Below are positions 36,602-49,705 of a stretch of 64,000 nucleotides of DNA, piece by piece. The translations under genes were made by a program, and so were the position numbers. A model generated the notes under the pieces. That model did not search any database. It saw nothing but the letters and a program-made list of their open reading frames with translations, and was not told the DNA's origin. Source of the stretch: Tubulanus polymorphus (lineage: Eukaryota > Animalia > Nemertea); contig NC_134034.1 in the NCBI RefSeq assembly GCF_964204645.1, positions 2,931,814 through 2,995,813 of the forward strand, in the 5' to 3' direction. Each line of letters opens with the position of its first letter. The first letter of the stretch is position 1.

Positions 36602-39543
36602 ATGGCCGCTTGTAAACTTCTAATTCTCGTGGTTGCGATACTGCTGTGCCGCTGTGGTATCATAACGGAAATTATCGATGATGAAATCGAAATAACGCCT
36701 TGGAGTTCAGAAAGTAATTTAGTGGATTATCAGAAATACCAGTCACTCGGCGGTGGTATGATGCCGCATTCTGGAATAGTCGGCGATATGCGGCGTCCAA
36801 ACCGACGCGACGATATCCTCAGCAGACGCTTTTACTACGGTTGCCCGTCAGTGTGTCGCTGTTATTACAGACTTGATGGGTAAGTCGAAAACCGTTTTGA
36901 TATCCATTGCTTGGGTGGGGGTGTATCTAGAAACCTAAAAAGGGCAGTTGGATATGACAATCAATACAATTTACAAAACGTATGGCACTTTTCCAAATTT
37001 TCTTGGGGCGGCCGGAGGCAATCACCCTATTGCCGCGCTATGTAGGGCCTTGCATTGGCGAACGCTGTCCGGACAAAAGGACAACCTCAATCGGAAGGCA
37101 CTGGTGTCCGAGTCTCAAAACCACCCACCCCTAGTTCCACCTGCATTATAACAACAACTACCTATGAAATTCGATAGAAAGCTAATTCTCAAGCCGTTCA
37201 ATTGATTTTAAAGAAACTTCATTCGCAAAATTAGCACCTGAACATATTTTCAGGGTTGGCGTCGCTAATTGCAGAAATAAAGTACTCACGAAGTTCCCCC
37301 GGATAAAGAATAACATCAATATTCTTGACTTATCGAAGAATAGGATAAAGAGCATAAAACCGTTCCGTCGATTGCCGGGATTGTATATATTAATCGTGGC
37401 GGAAAACGCATTGAGTTCACTGGTTGGACGAAAGTCGTTTCATTATCTACCGAATCTGCAGTCGCTCGATGTTTCATGTAATCCAGTACGGTTTATCGAC
37501 AAACAAGCTCTCATAGAAAATAAGTATCTGAAATGGTTCGGTTACAATTTCGTTCTGTTAGCCAAACATCCGCTTATCAGAAGGACGTGTTCTGCAAAGC
37601 ATTCCGTCAAAGATGTTCACAATTTGTTTTATTCTTTGCAAAATTGCGCTCTGTTGAAATATTTGTATCTACGGGGGACGTGGCTGCTCGAACCAATTTC
37701 GTTGACTACGTCAATGTTGAAATATCTACCTGTACAGAATTTGAATTATCTAACGCTAATGTTCAATCGAATACCCGAAATAGACGTAGGCTTTTTTCAT
37801 AGGTTCAAAAGTTTGAAGATCTTGCAGATGACGTATTGCGAAACGAATTTCAAAAAGCATCAATTCAAAGGACTCGTTAACCTACGTAAAATAGATTTGA
37901 CGCGGAACAAAATCCAGAATTTGAATCTCACAGAATTCATGATATCCAAGCCTAAGCTATACATGTTTGTATCGGCTGATTCGCCAGGTTTAACGTGCTT
38001 CGATAGTAGCACATCGTTTGGAAAAAACAACCGACTCATGCTTTTGTCAATGTCTTGTAGTGTTACCGGACGGTTTCCCGATGAATCGCCGTGTGGTAAC
38101 CTACGGGTCCGCGACAGAAACTTCTACTTCAGAAAGGACATAACGAACCTGACGAAGTTACGTTACTTAATGATTTCGTTAACGAGTCGTTTCGTTTTCT
38201 TATGCCTGAAGTCGTTCGATCTGTTACCCGAATCTTTAACTACAGTCGGAATACGCAATGTTCAAGGACCGTTTAGTAATTATCTAAAAAAGCGAATGCT
38301 TCGTTACGCGTGTGAAAGCCTCACGTGGAAGACGAAGTTATATAAACTAACTGAACTTCTCCTTATCGGGACGATTATTGGCCACTGTCCTAGTAAGGTA
38401 ATCCATCATATCCTGAGCAGAGTTCCGTCACTGGAATTGCTAGATCTATCCAGGAATGGAATAAGACATCTGGACAGAAACGCGTTTGAAGCAACTCCTA
38501 TGTTACAGGTTTTGAAGTTGCAGTATAACAGACTGCTCACGATTCTACCAGGTCTGTTACAGCCACTGACGAGCCTACGCGTTTTGAATATAGCATCGAA
38601 CAACCTAAAAACGTTCGATCCCACTGAAATCACGAATTTAAAGCATTTTAGATCCATTTCTCTTCTCGGTAATACATTCGAATGCGATTGTCAACTGAGA
38701 AAGTTGAAAAAATGGCTTAAGGTCTTGGTTAGTAAGATACGTCGTAGAACAAAGAAGTACCATTATTACGACTTTGCGGCAGAATTGAAACACAATGAAA
38801 CCACGTTCAAACTTGCATGTACTTTACCTAGTAAACTATACGGAGTTCCTATCGAAAACTTTCAGCCCGATTGGATCGAATGCGACTACCGCAAACACAT
38901 TATCATTTCCGTTTCGACTATATTCGTCGCTTTTATCATTATGGCTATCGGGCGAATTGTCGCCAAAAACCGATGGTCAATTTACTATTGGTGGATGGTA
39001 AATATCAATCGATTTCTACCGAAAATATTACGTATAGCAACGGTTGACCGTTCAGATAACTTGAGGTTTGACGGATTTCTAAGCCACAGCATGGAAGACC
39101 TACAATTTGTCTATTTGGATTTCATACCCGAGATAGAAAAATCTAAACAGTTTGCTTCGAAGTTTTGCGTCGAGTTTCGAGATTTTACGCTCGGTGGCTA
39201 CATACAACAGAACATCGCCGATGCTGTTTACGGGTCTCGGTGGGTCGTGTTTCTGTTGACCGAATCGTTCGTCAAAGAAACATGGACGGAATTTGTGGTA
39301 AGCATGGCGGCGACCCGGTGCGTGGAGGAGGGCAATAACATCATACTCGTGCTCGATATCGATCATATACCCGAATCGCGCATGCCCGAATCCTTGCAGA
39401 CGATCTTTTCAAATATCGTTTACATGAAATACCCGCGAGACGTTAAAGCCCGTTCTACGTTTTGGAAAAGGGTTCGCCTCACCCTGATCGGTAAACAGAG
39501 AAAATTCATACAGCCAGCTAATATGTTTCGAATTTTTCGCTAA
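36602..39543 (+). CDS. Toll-like receptor (signal peptide, LRRNT, LRRs, single LRRCT, TM, TIR)
   Basis: Exon 1 36602-36879 (MAACKLLILVVAILLC..CPSVCRC; upstream in-frame ATG at 36578) splices in frame to exon 2 37254-39543. Contains LxxLDLSxN repeats, GNTFECDCQL..LAC..P LRRCT, a hydrophobic TM (IIISVSTIFVAFIIMAIG), TIR box1 FDGFLSHS, box2 RDFTLG and box3 FW. Confidence 0.95.
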
Positions 39544-41694
39544 TCTATTAACATTACTCGCCTGACGTACCCGCTAGTACAACCCCTTATCTCAAAGTAT
39601 GTACATAGCGATGAATCTGCTGTCCGTACTCCAATCAAACCCTGTCCTCTCGCCAGCACTTAACCGTGTCTCCGGAATTTTTACCTGACCCCCCCCCCCC
39701 AGATATTCTATCACCATGCATTGGCGATCAGATCGTCCCGAATAATTTCCATTGAAAACGATATTTTACCAACTCCGATCCGAGTTTATCCTGGATTATG
39801 TTGTTATTCAAATTCTGCGCGACTTATTATTCAAGTTTATAGAAAATTCAACGTTTCACTAGAAATATAATCAAGGAAGTTAAATTTCATAATTGAGATA
39901 ATTCTATTCCATACATTCGTGTTTGGTTTCTTTCAATTGCTAGCGATATTCTCCATAGAATGACTGAACTATTATTGCATAATTGACTGATAACCCTGAA
40001 AGGTGAAGTTTTTTTCTCGTAAAATCGGTATTGATTTCGCTCTGATGTCCCTTGTATTATATTTCCTGGTCGTTTTTCACCAGGTGTCTCATGTCTCATG
40101 TCTCTACCGTGAATTACTACTTTTATTGCGTGTTGAATATATTCGAGTTTATTCGAAATGATGTTTATTTTGTCAATATCACAGAGATTGATTTAATCAT
40201 GTATTTTTTAATCTGAGTGTTATATTATGTTATAATTTCATTTCAATGTAGATAAAGTGGTTGCATATTAGGTTCTAATTTGTCAATGCATTGTATTCTA
40301 TGTTATCGGTATTCTGATTTTCTTTAATCCTGAATGGCTTTGCAGAAAACTCGTTATCGCTGCTTTGCAGCTATATTCATTATTATTATTAGATACTTAC
40401 ATCCCAAAGTGCTATACACCGAGTACCGATCAAATACATGCATTTATCAATTCACTCCCAGTTTACTCTGCTGCTAAAACTTTTCTAACTAAAGCATTTA
40501 CACATCAGAAATTGCACCTTGAGGGTCCATGAAATATCAATATTAAAATAGAATTCAAATTACTATATGATACAGCGTATGCAAATTATCATGTAACCGC
40601 CATATTTAGTTTTAGATCTTCTTGTAATTCTGCTTATGTCATACAATAAGTTATGTAAAAAGTTGAATATTAAATAAACAAAATTATTCAGAAAATAAAT
40701 ATGAATTGAAATATCAATATATTCCTTATTTCTTTGAACTAGTTTGTCAATCATATCTGATTGATCCGTGTATTTAAAAAGCAGGTCCACCACTCTCAGC
40801 ATACTTTCAAATACTGATAGTTCCAGGCTACACGCTATAACGTTATGCCGGATCGGGTCGTCTCAACTATCGGTCGAACGCATTGAAGACGTCCGAGATA
40901 AGATTTATTAGTGAACCCTGGACGCTGGTCATAGGGTCAAAGTGTTCAAACATTGGAGGAAGTACGCGTAGGCTACGACGCATAGACGACGGTTCCGGAG
41001 GTAGAAAGAAATAAGGTCAGTAACGAATAATATCGTTTTCCCCACGATCTCATACAGTCTTATATGAGGGGAGAATTCATTAGGAAAATGTTTTCTACAA
41101 GGCTCGCAGTTCATTCATTCATGTCAACTTGTAGACTGATCTAGAATTGAATCATATGATGGCCTAATAGACTATATATAACCATTATGTGCTTCCATGG
41201 ACCATAATCTGAAAACCTCAACCTCTGGATAAGCGCTTATGCTTCATTTAGAAAAAGATGTTGGTAGATATAAAGCAGGCTTTATGAACTTGTCTTGATA
41301 AGGGCCGTTGCAATCTAATATAGGCCTACCTCACCGCCCGCTGAACCCTCAAATGAAAGGAACTGTGGCCCCAAAGTGTGCTCGGATTTTACGAGTTACT
41401 TTTGTCCTATGAAATGTTTTCGGGGAAGAATGAATTGGAGGGAAATATACAGCGGTACAAAATGTTCCTCTCGAAGACGTCACATCACATCGCATTGCAT
41501 CCATCGTCATCGGTTTTGGATGGAGGCAAGATTGATAGTATGAAATGCCCCTGTCTCTAGTACACTCGACTACTGAAGTGAAGATTTACCTTATTTACTG
41601 CTATTTTACGGCCAATATGACGCGTAAATGATAAAACCTGTATTCGGCGGTGAAATATCTCGGTTCTATTCGTTTCTATAGATTGTGTCGGACG

Positions 41695-44600
41695 ATGGCG
41701 AGTTCGAGTACGGGCATACAGGTGGCGCTACTGGTACTGGTGGCGGTAACATTTCAACGGAGCGCGTCTCAAGGTGTCACGTGCGACAAGATATCCGACT
41801 GCAAGTGCCGTATGAGTGACGGTTCGGGAGATATCGATCTGAGTAAATTAGATCGAAAAAATCCGAAAGACCCGTCATCACCAACGTACGTAGGACAACA
41901 CTCTTTCTCGCACGATGTAATCCGATATGTTTTGGCGTGACTGACCTACTGACCCAATTTTTCACTAGATGGCAAACTAGTTACACCTGGCTGCTCCAAC
42001 TGCGCAAGCGTGCTCTAGACCTATCTTACAGTCGTTTAAATGCCCAAGCGATAGATGGCGCTAGCTTTGGAAAGTTTTTTTCCAAAAGTTGGCAAAATGT
42101 GCTTCAATATTTTGTCTAAACAGTAATTCCCGACGAAAGGGTTTTAAGGACGTTTAGGAGTTTCATTTGAACGAGCGATCGGACATTGAGCCTATAAGGG
42201 CCTGTACAACATCTACCACGACCACTGGGCAGTCTCCTTTCTCCTGCCCCGGTTATGCAGCGCCCACATTCTCTACTCTCGCTCATTTTGTTATTTTCAG
42301 CTTTAGCGACATCGCCACAAGTTCAGGCTATTACACATATTCTTACAACCCATGCACTCCGTTCATCGAGGGACAATGTCAAAATGTTGCCGTAAGTTCT
42401 GCATTCCGATCGGTTGATCATATAATGATACCGGGATATATTCAAACTGTTGCATTTCGTACTTTATTTTCTAAAACGAGACGACTAAGAAGCCTTGTCA
42501 AACACTAATTATTTACTCACTCACCAATTTACTCAATTAACCTGTCCTCCTTTGTATATATAATAATTTATTTGTAATTTGTTTTTAATCTATATCTCAC
42601 ACCTGACGATGATCTCTAGGGTGAGATCGAAATGTCGTGTCTTTTATACATTTCTGATTGAATAAATAAATTCCGGTTTTTAAATTCTTTTAATCTGTAA
42701 ATAGTGGGATTTTATCTTATTATCCGTTCACCACGTTTGAGTGTGGTTATCGTTCCAAGAAGACTAACTTGAAATTGTATTGACGCCTTGAACAATAACT
42801 ACCACTGGCGGATCCATTAAGGGTTCACTAGTTGCTGGTGAACCCCCAAAAAGCCCCAGAAGAAACTAGGGTCAGCATTTCCAGGATAATAGGTTAAAAA
42901 TAAGTAGGCTACTTATTGTGTAAATGATAGCCTATCAATATACATCGGATGTCTCTCAGAAAGGCAAATTCTAAAGATATTCCGCCGTTTGAATAAGTCA
43001 CCTAGCACAATTTCTGGTTCTATATCCTTGCTTAGAATGGTTGGATGATGCAATATAGATGGCATATTATAAAGTTCTTTTGAATTCTAATGTATCGATA
43101 ATTGAATTGACCGGCAACCAGTCTAGCCGCAAAATTAATGACGTAGTACACACAGTATCCTTATTACGTATCGTCAAAGTTAACTAGTAGAAAGGCGGTC
43201 GAAATTCACTAATATGAAATAGAATTCATGAAATATAGTTACAAAATGAACGCCAAAATTCACCATCGCATTTAAGCCAATATTGATGACGTAGTGCACA
43301 TTGACTCAGTTAGTATCCTTAAATCATGCATCGTGGTTTTAGATGACGTATAGAAAATGATTTTTGTTTCTTCCTGTTTCCGTTTTAATTTCCCCTCTTT
43401 CTCTGTTTTAATTTTCAGATCTGTGAAAAGTACGGAGGGGGTGGTGTAGGTGGCGGGTTCAATATTGGAAACCAGCCCGTTTCTCAGTGGACCGTAGACA
43501 GCGCTAACAACGTCCATTTACAGTACACAGGCGCTGATGGGTATTATACTAGATTCTCATGTTAACCCTTTCATACTGAAATGCGAGAAAAACGTATAGC
43601 GCGACCCCAAACATTGCATGATTTGTGTTTTAGTCATGGAGTTGACCAAGACTACGGGAATGATTTTTTGGATTCTACTTTATTCGTGTCTTGACTTTCA
43701 TGCATAGTTTAATCTTGAAGTATAGATGAATTTCCCTCTTATATATATTCAAATGATTGATTGTTTCTAGTTGATTGATTGATTGATTGATTTATTGGTT
43801 GATTGATTGAATAACTGATTGGTTGATTGAATTAATGATGGTTGACTCATTAATTGATTGATTAACATTTGATTTAACGATTGATTTAATGACTTATTGA
43901 GTTATGTTTGATTGATCTATGTTTGATTGGTCGATTGATTGATTTATTGAATAGACAGCTAGGGGTTTGATTTTGAAATCGACCATATTGGGTCGGTCAA
44001 AATAACAAAATGCTTTTTTCTCAAATCTCACCACATAAAACACGTAAATTTCAAATTATAGTTCCAGTGATGTAATGATTGTATGTGACAAGACGTACCC
44101 CGCCGGCGGCAGCAAGTTTCGAGTTTTAAACGAATTCTCAAATCCTGTTGTAAGTTACAGTTCACGAGATCGATACCAAGAGACTAACAACGTGTTAAAT
44201 CCATTGTGACTAACAGTTCATTTGGGGTTTAAGGGGAATCGCCAACGCTACTGTGGCAATCGAAGATTCTGTTCTCAGCAAGTGAGGATCCACCAGGTGT
44301 CGCTAGTAGTTACGCGGTCTTCCGCGTTCAATTTCTTCTACATTTCAGTAATAGAAAAGTTTTTTCATCAATTCAATCAATGATTATGAAAACTATACCG
44401 ATATCTGAGTAGATAAAGGTGTCTTAAGTATATCTGGTGGGTCCTGGGACCATACGAATGTTTGCTCATCACGCCATCTTGCGGGATAGCTGGTTTTATC
44501 GTACCCAACCGACTGTCAAAGTTTAAAATCTGGTCGACAGAACCGGCATCTGGTAGTGAAATCTTCTTTCAGACATTCCAAGTGACGGGTTCCGAATTGT

Positions 44601-45805
44601 GCGCAGCGCCCTCTGGTGGTGGCAGTGGTGATTCAAGTGGTTTGAGTGTAGGGTCGGCTCTAGTCATAACGTGAGTATTTCACATGATCAGGTCCTAAAT
44701 CATCACTGCTTCCTAGAATCCCCGATACGATGTCACCAGCTTTTCTAATTCTATGCGTAGACAATTCCAGAAAACATGGCCACCTCGATCAAGATCGTCG
44801 TAAGACATTGGACACATTTTCCTACTGAGTTTGCTGATTTACGCGTAGAAACTTCCATAAAAGATGGTTGCCTCCTACATTCCCCTATGACATCATAAAT
44901 GAAATTGCCTGTTCTAGTAATTTCAAACATGGCTGCCTCCGTATTCCTCCATGACATCAGCAGGTTTTCCATGTAATGTTAATCTACGTAGAGACGCTTA
45001 TTGTAGAAGATGGATATCTCCTAAATCTCTCTATGGTATCAGCAAATATCCTTGGCGTACAACTACTGATTCGATAGATAGGTGATCGCACAACGATAGC
45101 TGTGGAAATTTCAAACCACGTTGTTGGCGATCTGGTGATGTCTCAGGGAATTTGTGAGGCACACGTGTATCTGAGTACTAGTTCGAATATGTAATCATTT
45201 TCAATTATCTCGATATTTATTTTCACAGATTTTTCGTTCTGGTAGTCGTCTATGTGATCGGAGGTGTGTCGTTCTTACATTTCCACAAAAAGGCAGAAGG
45301 CACGGAGAAAATACCGAATAAAGATTTCTGGACCTCGATACCGGGACTTATCTACGTAGGTTTTTGTTTAACGAGTCGTGAGCAAAATGAACAATACTCG
45401 GAGATCTCATAGATGGACGTATAACCTATATCCATGCCTTAACTAACTGATTAATGACATAGACGTCTGGTTTATACGTCCTCCATATTGTGGAATTGGC
45501 TTCTGGACCAGGTTTGGGTTGGATATGTAACTTTAAGAATTATCTGTAAATGAACTCCGCCAAGTAACTCAAAACCGGATCACAATCATCCAGTATAGTT
45601 ATGGGTTTGAGTTGACTCTTATAGGGAGTTTCAAATGAGTTCATTTTGATTTATTTCAACTCATTTGGAACTCTGTGTATGGGGTCTTCAATCAGTCCGT
45701 TATCACTGTACTTCGATAAAACGGTTCTTTTCGATTCTTTTTCAGGACGGCAATATGTTAATCATCGGTAAACTATGCAAAAGAGGCTCCTACGCGCAAG
45801 TGTGA
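41695..45805 (+). CDS. Cation-dependent mannose-6-phosphate receptor-like / ATG27-like single-MRH-domain type I membrane protein
   Basis: Exons 41695-41885, 42301-42391, 43419-43540, 44062-44149, 44573-44670, 45229-45355, 45746-45805 join in frame. Signal peptide, IDLSKL, YTYSYNPCTPF, GLSVGSALVITFFVLVVVYVIGG TM, G-x-E-x-IPNKDFW..PGLIYDG tail, C-terminal YAQV*. Confidence 0.88.
42596..42752 (+). mobile_element. Dispersed Penelope-pLTR-like repeat with hammerhead motif (second family); other copies at ~26870-27028 (+), ~35373-35540 (inverted/rearranged), ~48145-48270 (degenerate)
   Basis: ACAC-CTGACGA-T-GATCTC-TAGGGT-GAGATC-GAAA-TGTC-GTGT followed by AATAAA and a shared tail ..AATAGTGG..TTCACCACGTTTGAGTGTGGTTATCGT. 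Confidence 0.6.
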
Positions 45806-46506
45806 ACGGAACGGGGCACTCCGAGCCTCCAAGCTGCACGCGACTCTAAGGATCTAAAACTCGCCGAGAGTCAGTGAAGAAATACTGAATCCTCCAACCT
45901 CGAAAATGTTAATGCCGTATACAAAATTTTCGAAATAAAATACAAAAACTGACGTCATTTTTCATGAACGTAGTGTTATTTCATATGGATCGTCACTTGG
46001 CAAAGACGCTTGAATACGGACCAAGGCCATAGCTTTTCTAGTGGCGTTTATAGTATAGCATTTCACCTACGACCAGTGTCCACTGTTCTCAGTTAGTTAC
46101 GCTATACAGTAAAAGATAAAAATCGGCATTTCACGCATGCATTTTCTAAGCAGTTTACAATCATGATTCTTGAAGTAATTAGTTAATCATATTTGAATTC
46201 TTATTCTTGAAGTAAATCAAAACCCTGAATACAAACGGAATTAAAACACCAGTAATTGATAATATTCGAATCTTTTAGGAATAATATTTGACAAGTTTTC
46301 CATACAAAATGTTGGTAAAACATTTTGAAATGAACTTAATTTTAAATGATCTGTTTTGATGTTATACTTAAGTAAAAACGATGGATGCTGGTCCTGAAGT
46401 GTTCAAGATTATTTTCAAACTTACGTTGTATAGGACGCCAGTCTACTGAATATAGCTAATAAACCGAACTCCCTTCCCCCAGAGGTCTGGTTTACACTGG
46501 ACCCCT

Positions 46507-47131
46507 TTACTTGAATTTATGAGATACTTCGAGCATTTTCATCATAATCTTCATCATTCTCATGTACAACCTCTTTTTCTTTATATCCTTTTTCTCCTCG
46601 TCATCGTCGTCGTCGTCTGCGATTATCTTCGAATCGACGATCCAACCGAGGGCGTTGTCGTTTGCCGGCTTAGCGACGCCGCTGATTGGTGCATCACCCG
46701 AATCGACGCCGCTAATTGGTCCATCTGCGTCGTTAGTCGGTAGTTTACCGGACATCTTACGGTATTCATTCTTTTTCGTCTGGTTTTTCCCTTTGGCAAC
46801 TTGCCCGTCTGCCGGCACGTTATCCGACACCACGTGACCCGGTTCTTCCGGTCGGATCAGCGGATTAGCTCGCGGCTTTCTATCAAGCGAGATTTCGATG
46901 ATTTTGTTCTCGCGCTGTTTTTCGCCGTCTCCGACTAATTCGACAACTTTACTGATCATGACTACTTTCTTTCCTTTCTTATCGTTGCTAGATTTAGGCG
47001 CCTTTCCCGGTTTGCTAGGCTTAGCCTCCTCGCTAGTGGACGCACTTTCCTCGCTGGTATTTCTGCGTTCCCCGCTGCTATGTCCCACTGATTCAACGGA
47101 GGATTTCGGCTGCTTTTCTTCGCTATCATCA

Positions 47132-47163
<32 letters not shown>

Positions 47164-49705
47164 ATCGTCATCATCATCATCGTCGTCGTCGTCATCTTCA
47201 TCTTCGATTCTAAAAGAAAATAACCGTAGAACGTGTGACTTCATTAGTTTTCGACTACGCTGGAATAGGTGTCACGTGTTGCACTACATTGTATATACCG
47301 GTACTAATTTCTCTACCATATAACGTAACTCCTACTAAAGTGCTGATGAATTCATTCAGTCTTCTGATCTTTTTAACAACGTGCCAAGTCCTCGCGTACA
47401 AGCTCAGTTTTGTTGTTATCGGCTCAATCTTACTTTGTTGAGACAAGTTTATTAAATTCTTAGATTTAGTGGAACCCACCAATGAATGAGAATCTGGTTC
47501 ACTTAGTCTATGGGCAGAATCATGTAAATATATTTCCTTTTCTACTGATTCGTTGTTCATTGACGATAGCACTTGGTTATGATGAATAAACTAACTTGTT
47601 ACTCGTAAAAAAATTACTCGCGGGCCGAAAGACTTAGGTAAATGTGATATTGTCAGTGGTGAAAACTTACATGAATTGCGGTTTAGCCGAACAAACGAAA
47701 CCATCGAGTTCCTCGTCGCACGACACCGCCCGCCATAACCCACCACGTGACGTATCGATAGCCATACACGTCCGGTTCGGGTTCTCTGCTGTTATACCTT
47801 CACCGACGCCCCAGTTTGTAAACTCACTATACTTTGAAAAAAAGAAAGTATCCTTGAAAAAAAACGATTTTTTTAACATCCGTACTCTTTAGCCTAGGTT
47901 AGTTCTGTCAGGATTAGTTCATTTCCACATTTCGACGTAGCTTTTAAGTCAAATTTTAACTTCGCAATCTGGTAACGGAAGAAATTCTCAGTTCCTTCCG
48001 TAGTTGGCAGACGACATTCAAGATGGCTGTCTCTAAACGAATCTCCTTTCTATTGCCGATTTGGATCTACTCGCAGCCCCGTTTCCCGGAAGTTTGTACG
48101 TAAAATCAGGAGTGGACAATACCCACTACAAACAGAATTGTTATCGCCTGACGATGGTCGCTGGAAAAGATTCCATAATGTCGGGTCTTTTGTTTTTTAT
48201 TCTTGAATTATGAATTTCATTTCTAATCTTTTTGTGTATAGTGGGTTATTAACTATTGTCTATTCTTCACGGGTTATTTCACTAGATCCAGTTCCACAGT
48301 TATGAGTTGACTCTAAGATGAATTAGTACATATTCGATCAGTGAGCTAACTCTGAGTCAAATATCAACTAACAAATTTGGAACTGGATCCGGGAGATTTA
48401 TGTAGGCAGCATCTTTCGCGAAAAAGGTCTACGTGGGGATATTCTCGGATCCGAAGTGTGGATACTAACGCAATTGAATTACGTATATACACACGACTGT
48501 GGAACTGCGGCCGCAGTTCCACACGGATCAGGTGGATTCTTTTTATATAATTACCCGGTTGTTTTTAGAAATATAAGCCCATCCGACCTCCTCCGACTGA
48601 AGAACAGCTAGAAGACAAATAAACAAGATATTACTAATTAGTCGTATCTACACACAAACGCTACGGAGCAGACAGATATATATACTCGTAGTTTATGCAA
48701 ATGAGGACGTTTCTATTATTACACAATCTGTCACGAAATGCATATCGCGACCTGTCGCGAACACGAACTTACACATCAGAACGTATAGAGTATTCTACAT
48801 GCTCACGCGATACCTGCCTTCATTTGCATAATCGATTTTTTTAGCTGGTTAAGTGTGCCGACATTTGAATATCGATTTACGCCTACAGAATTTGAATGTA
48901 CGTAGAATTCCCCTAGAGGACGTTCGTACGTACGTGACGGAACTGATTTGAATCTATAGGACAATTGAAAAATTTAACCGTCACCTCTCTACCGTTTTAC
49001 TATACCGTTAGCTAAGATGTTATCGTGGAGCGATCTGATGCTGGCTAGTTTCGCTCCTTTCTCTCGGCATTCCTCCTTCGCCTCCTCGTACGTTTTTTCG
49101 TCGTCGTCGACGAGAAAACATTGCTCGCCCGACTGAAACCAACCTCCGGGACAATTCACATTCACCGCCGCTGAAAATATGTTTAGAAATTGAAATCTGA
49201 AAATATGTTAGCAGAAACTGAAATCTATTCGTGAAATTACAATCGATCAATAAAATCAGTTTATTTCACTACTGTCCAAATGTTGCGATAAAACTGAAAA
49301 TGAATTAATTGAATTTTGGATGGTCAAATTTAAGATCTAGCTGCAGATCCGGCTATGACCTCGGCTCGAAAAATCTGTACTTAAATAAATGTAAGATCAG
49401 TAAGGGAATGTTTATTTTTAGTTTAGTAGAACTCTAATATGTTTGATAGCCTTACAACTCTCTTTTTACTGCAAGTAACAGTGTAACCCTAGCGGATCTT
49501 AAGAGACAGCCTGACTAGAGTCTTAACAGACAACCAGAGCTTGTCCGTGGCTTCGATACCAACGCCAGAGGTGGTTTCGAACCAGGGACCTTTTGGTTCC
49601 CAGTCTAACCTGAGCTAACCGCACTGGACTGTATATGTTATATAAACCCTTACCTGCGCCAAATCCTGAAACCAGCAGCCAAACGAGCAACAACTGGGAA
49701 TCCAT
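46507..49705 (-). CDS. Secreted C-type lectin domain protein with poly-Asp / charged low-complexity C-terminus
   Basis: Exons (minus) 49705-49654 (signal peptide), 49170-~49006 (CPGGWFQSGEQCF..TYEEAKEECREKGAKLASI), ~48607-48555, ~47832-47671 (FTNW..CMAI..WRAVSCDEELDGFVC), 47209-46507 (IEDE-D24-SEEK..). Middle splice sites and the true stop are less certain. Confidence 0.82.
49555..49632 (-). mobile_element. tRNA-derived SINE-like fragment in intron 1 of the lectin gene
   Basis: Minus strand CAGTGCGGTTAGCTCAGGTTAGACTGGGAACCAAAAGGTCCCTGGTTCGAAACC has a tRNA-like layout with a B-box. Confidence 0.45.

Noticed and set aside
48555-48607. Lectin pseudogene reading RMGLYF* (WIGL-like frame with stop)
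   Set aside because: An open, phase-compatible frame (AVLQSEEVGWAYISKNNR) exists using the donor after AAC G, so a nonsense lesion is not required. RNA-seq would settle it.
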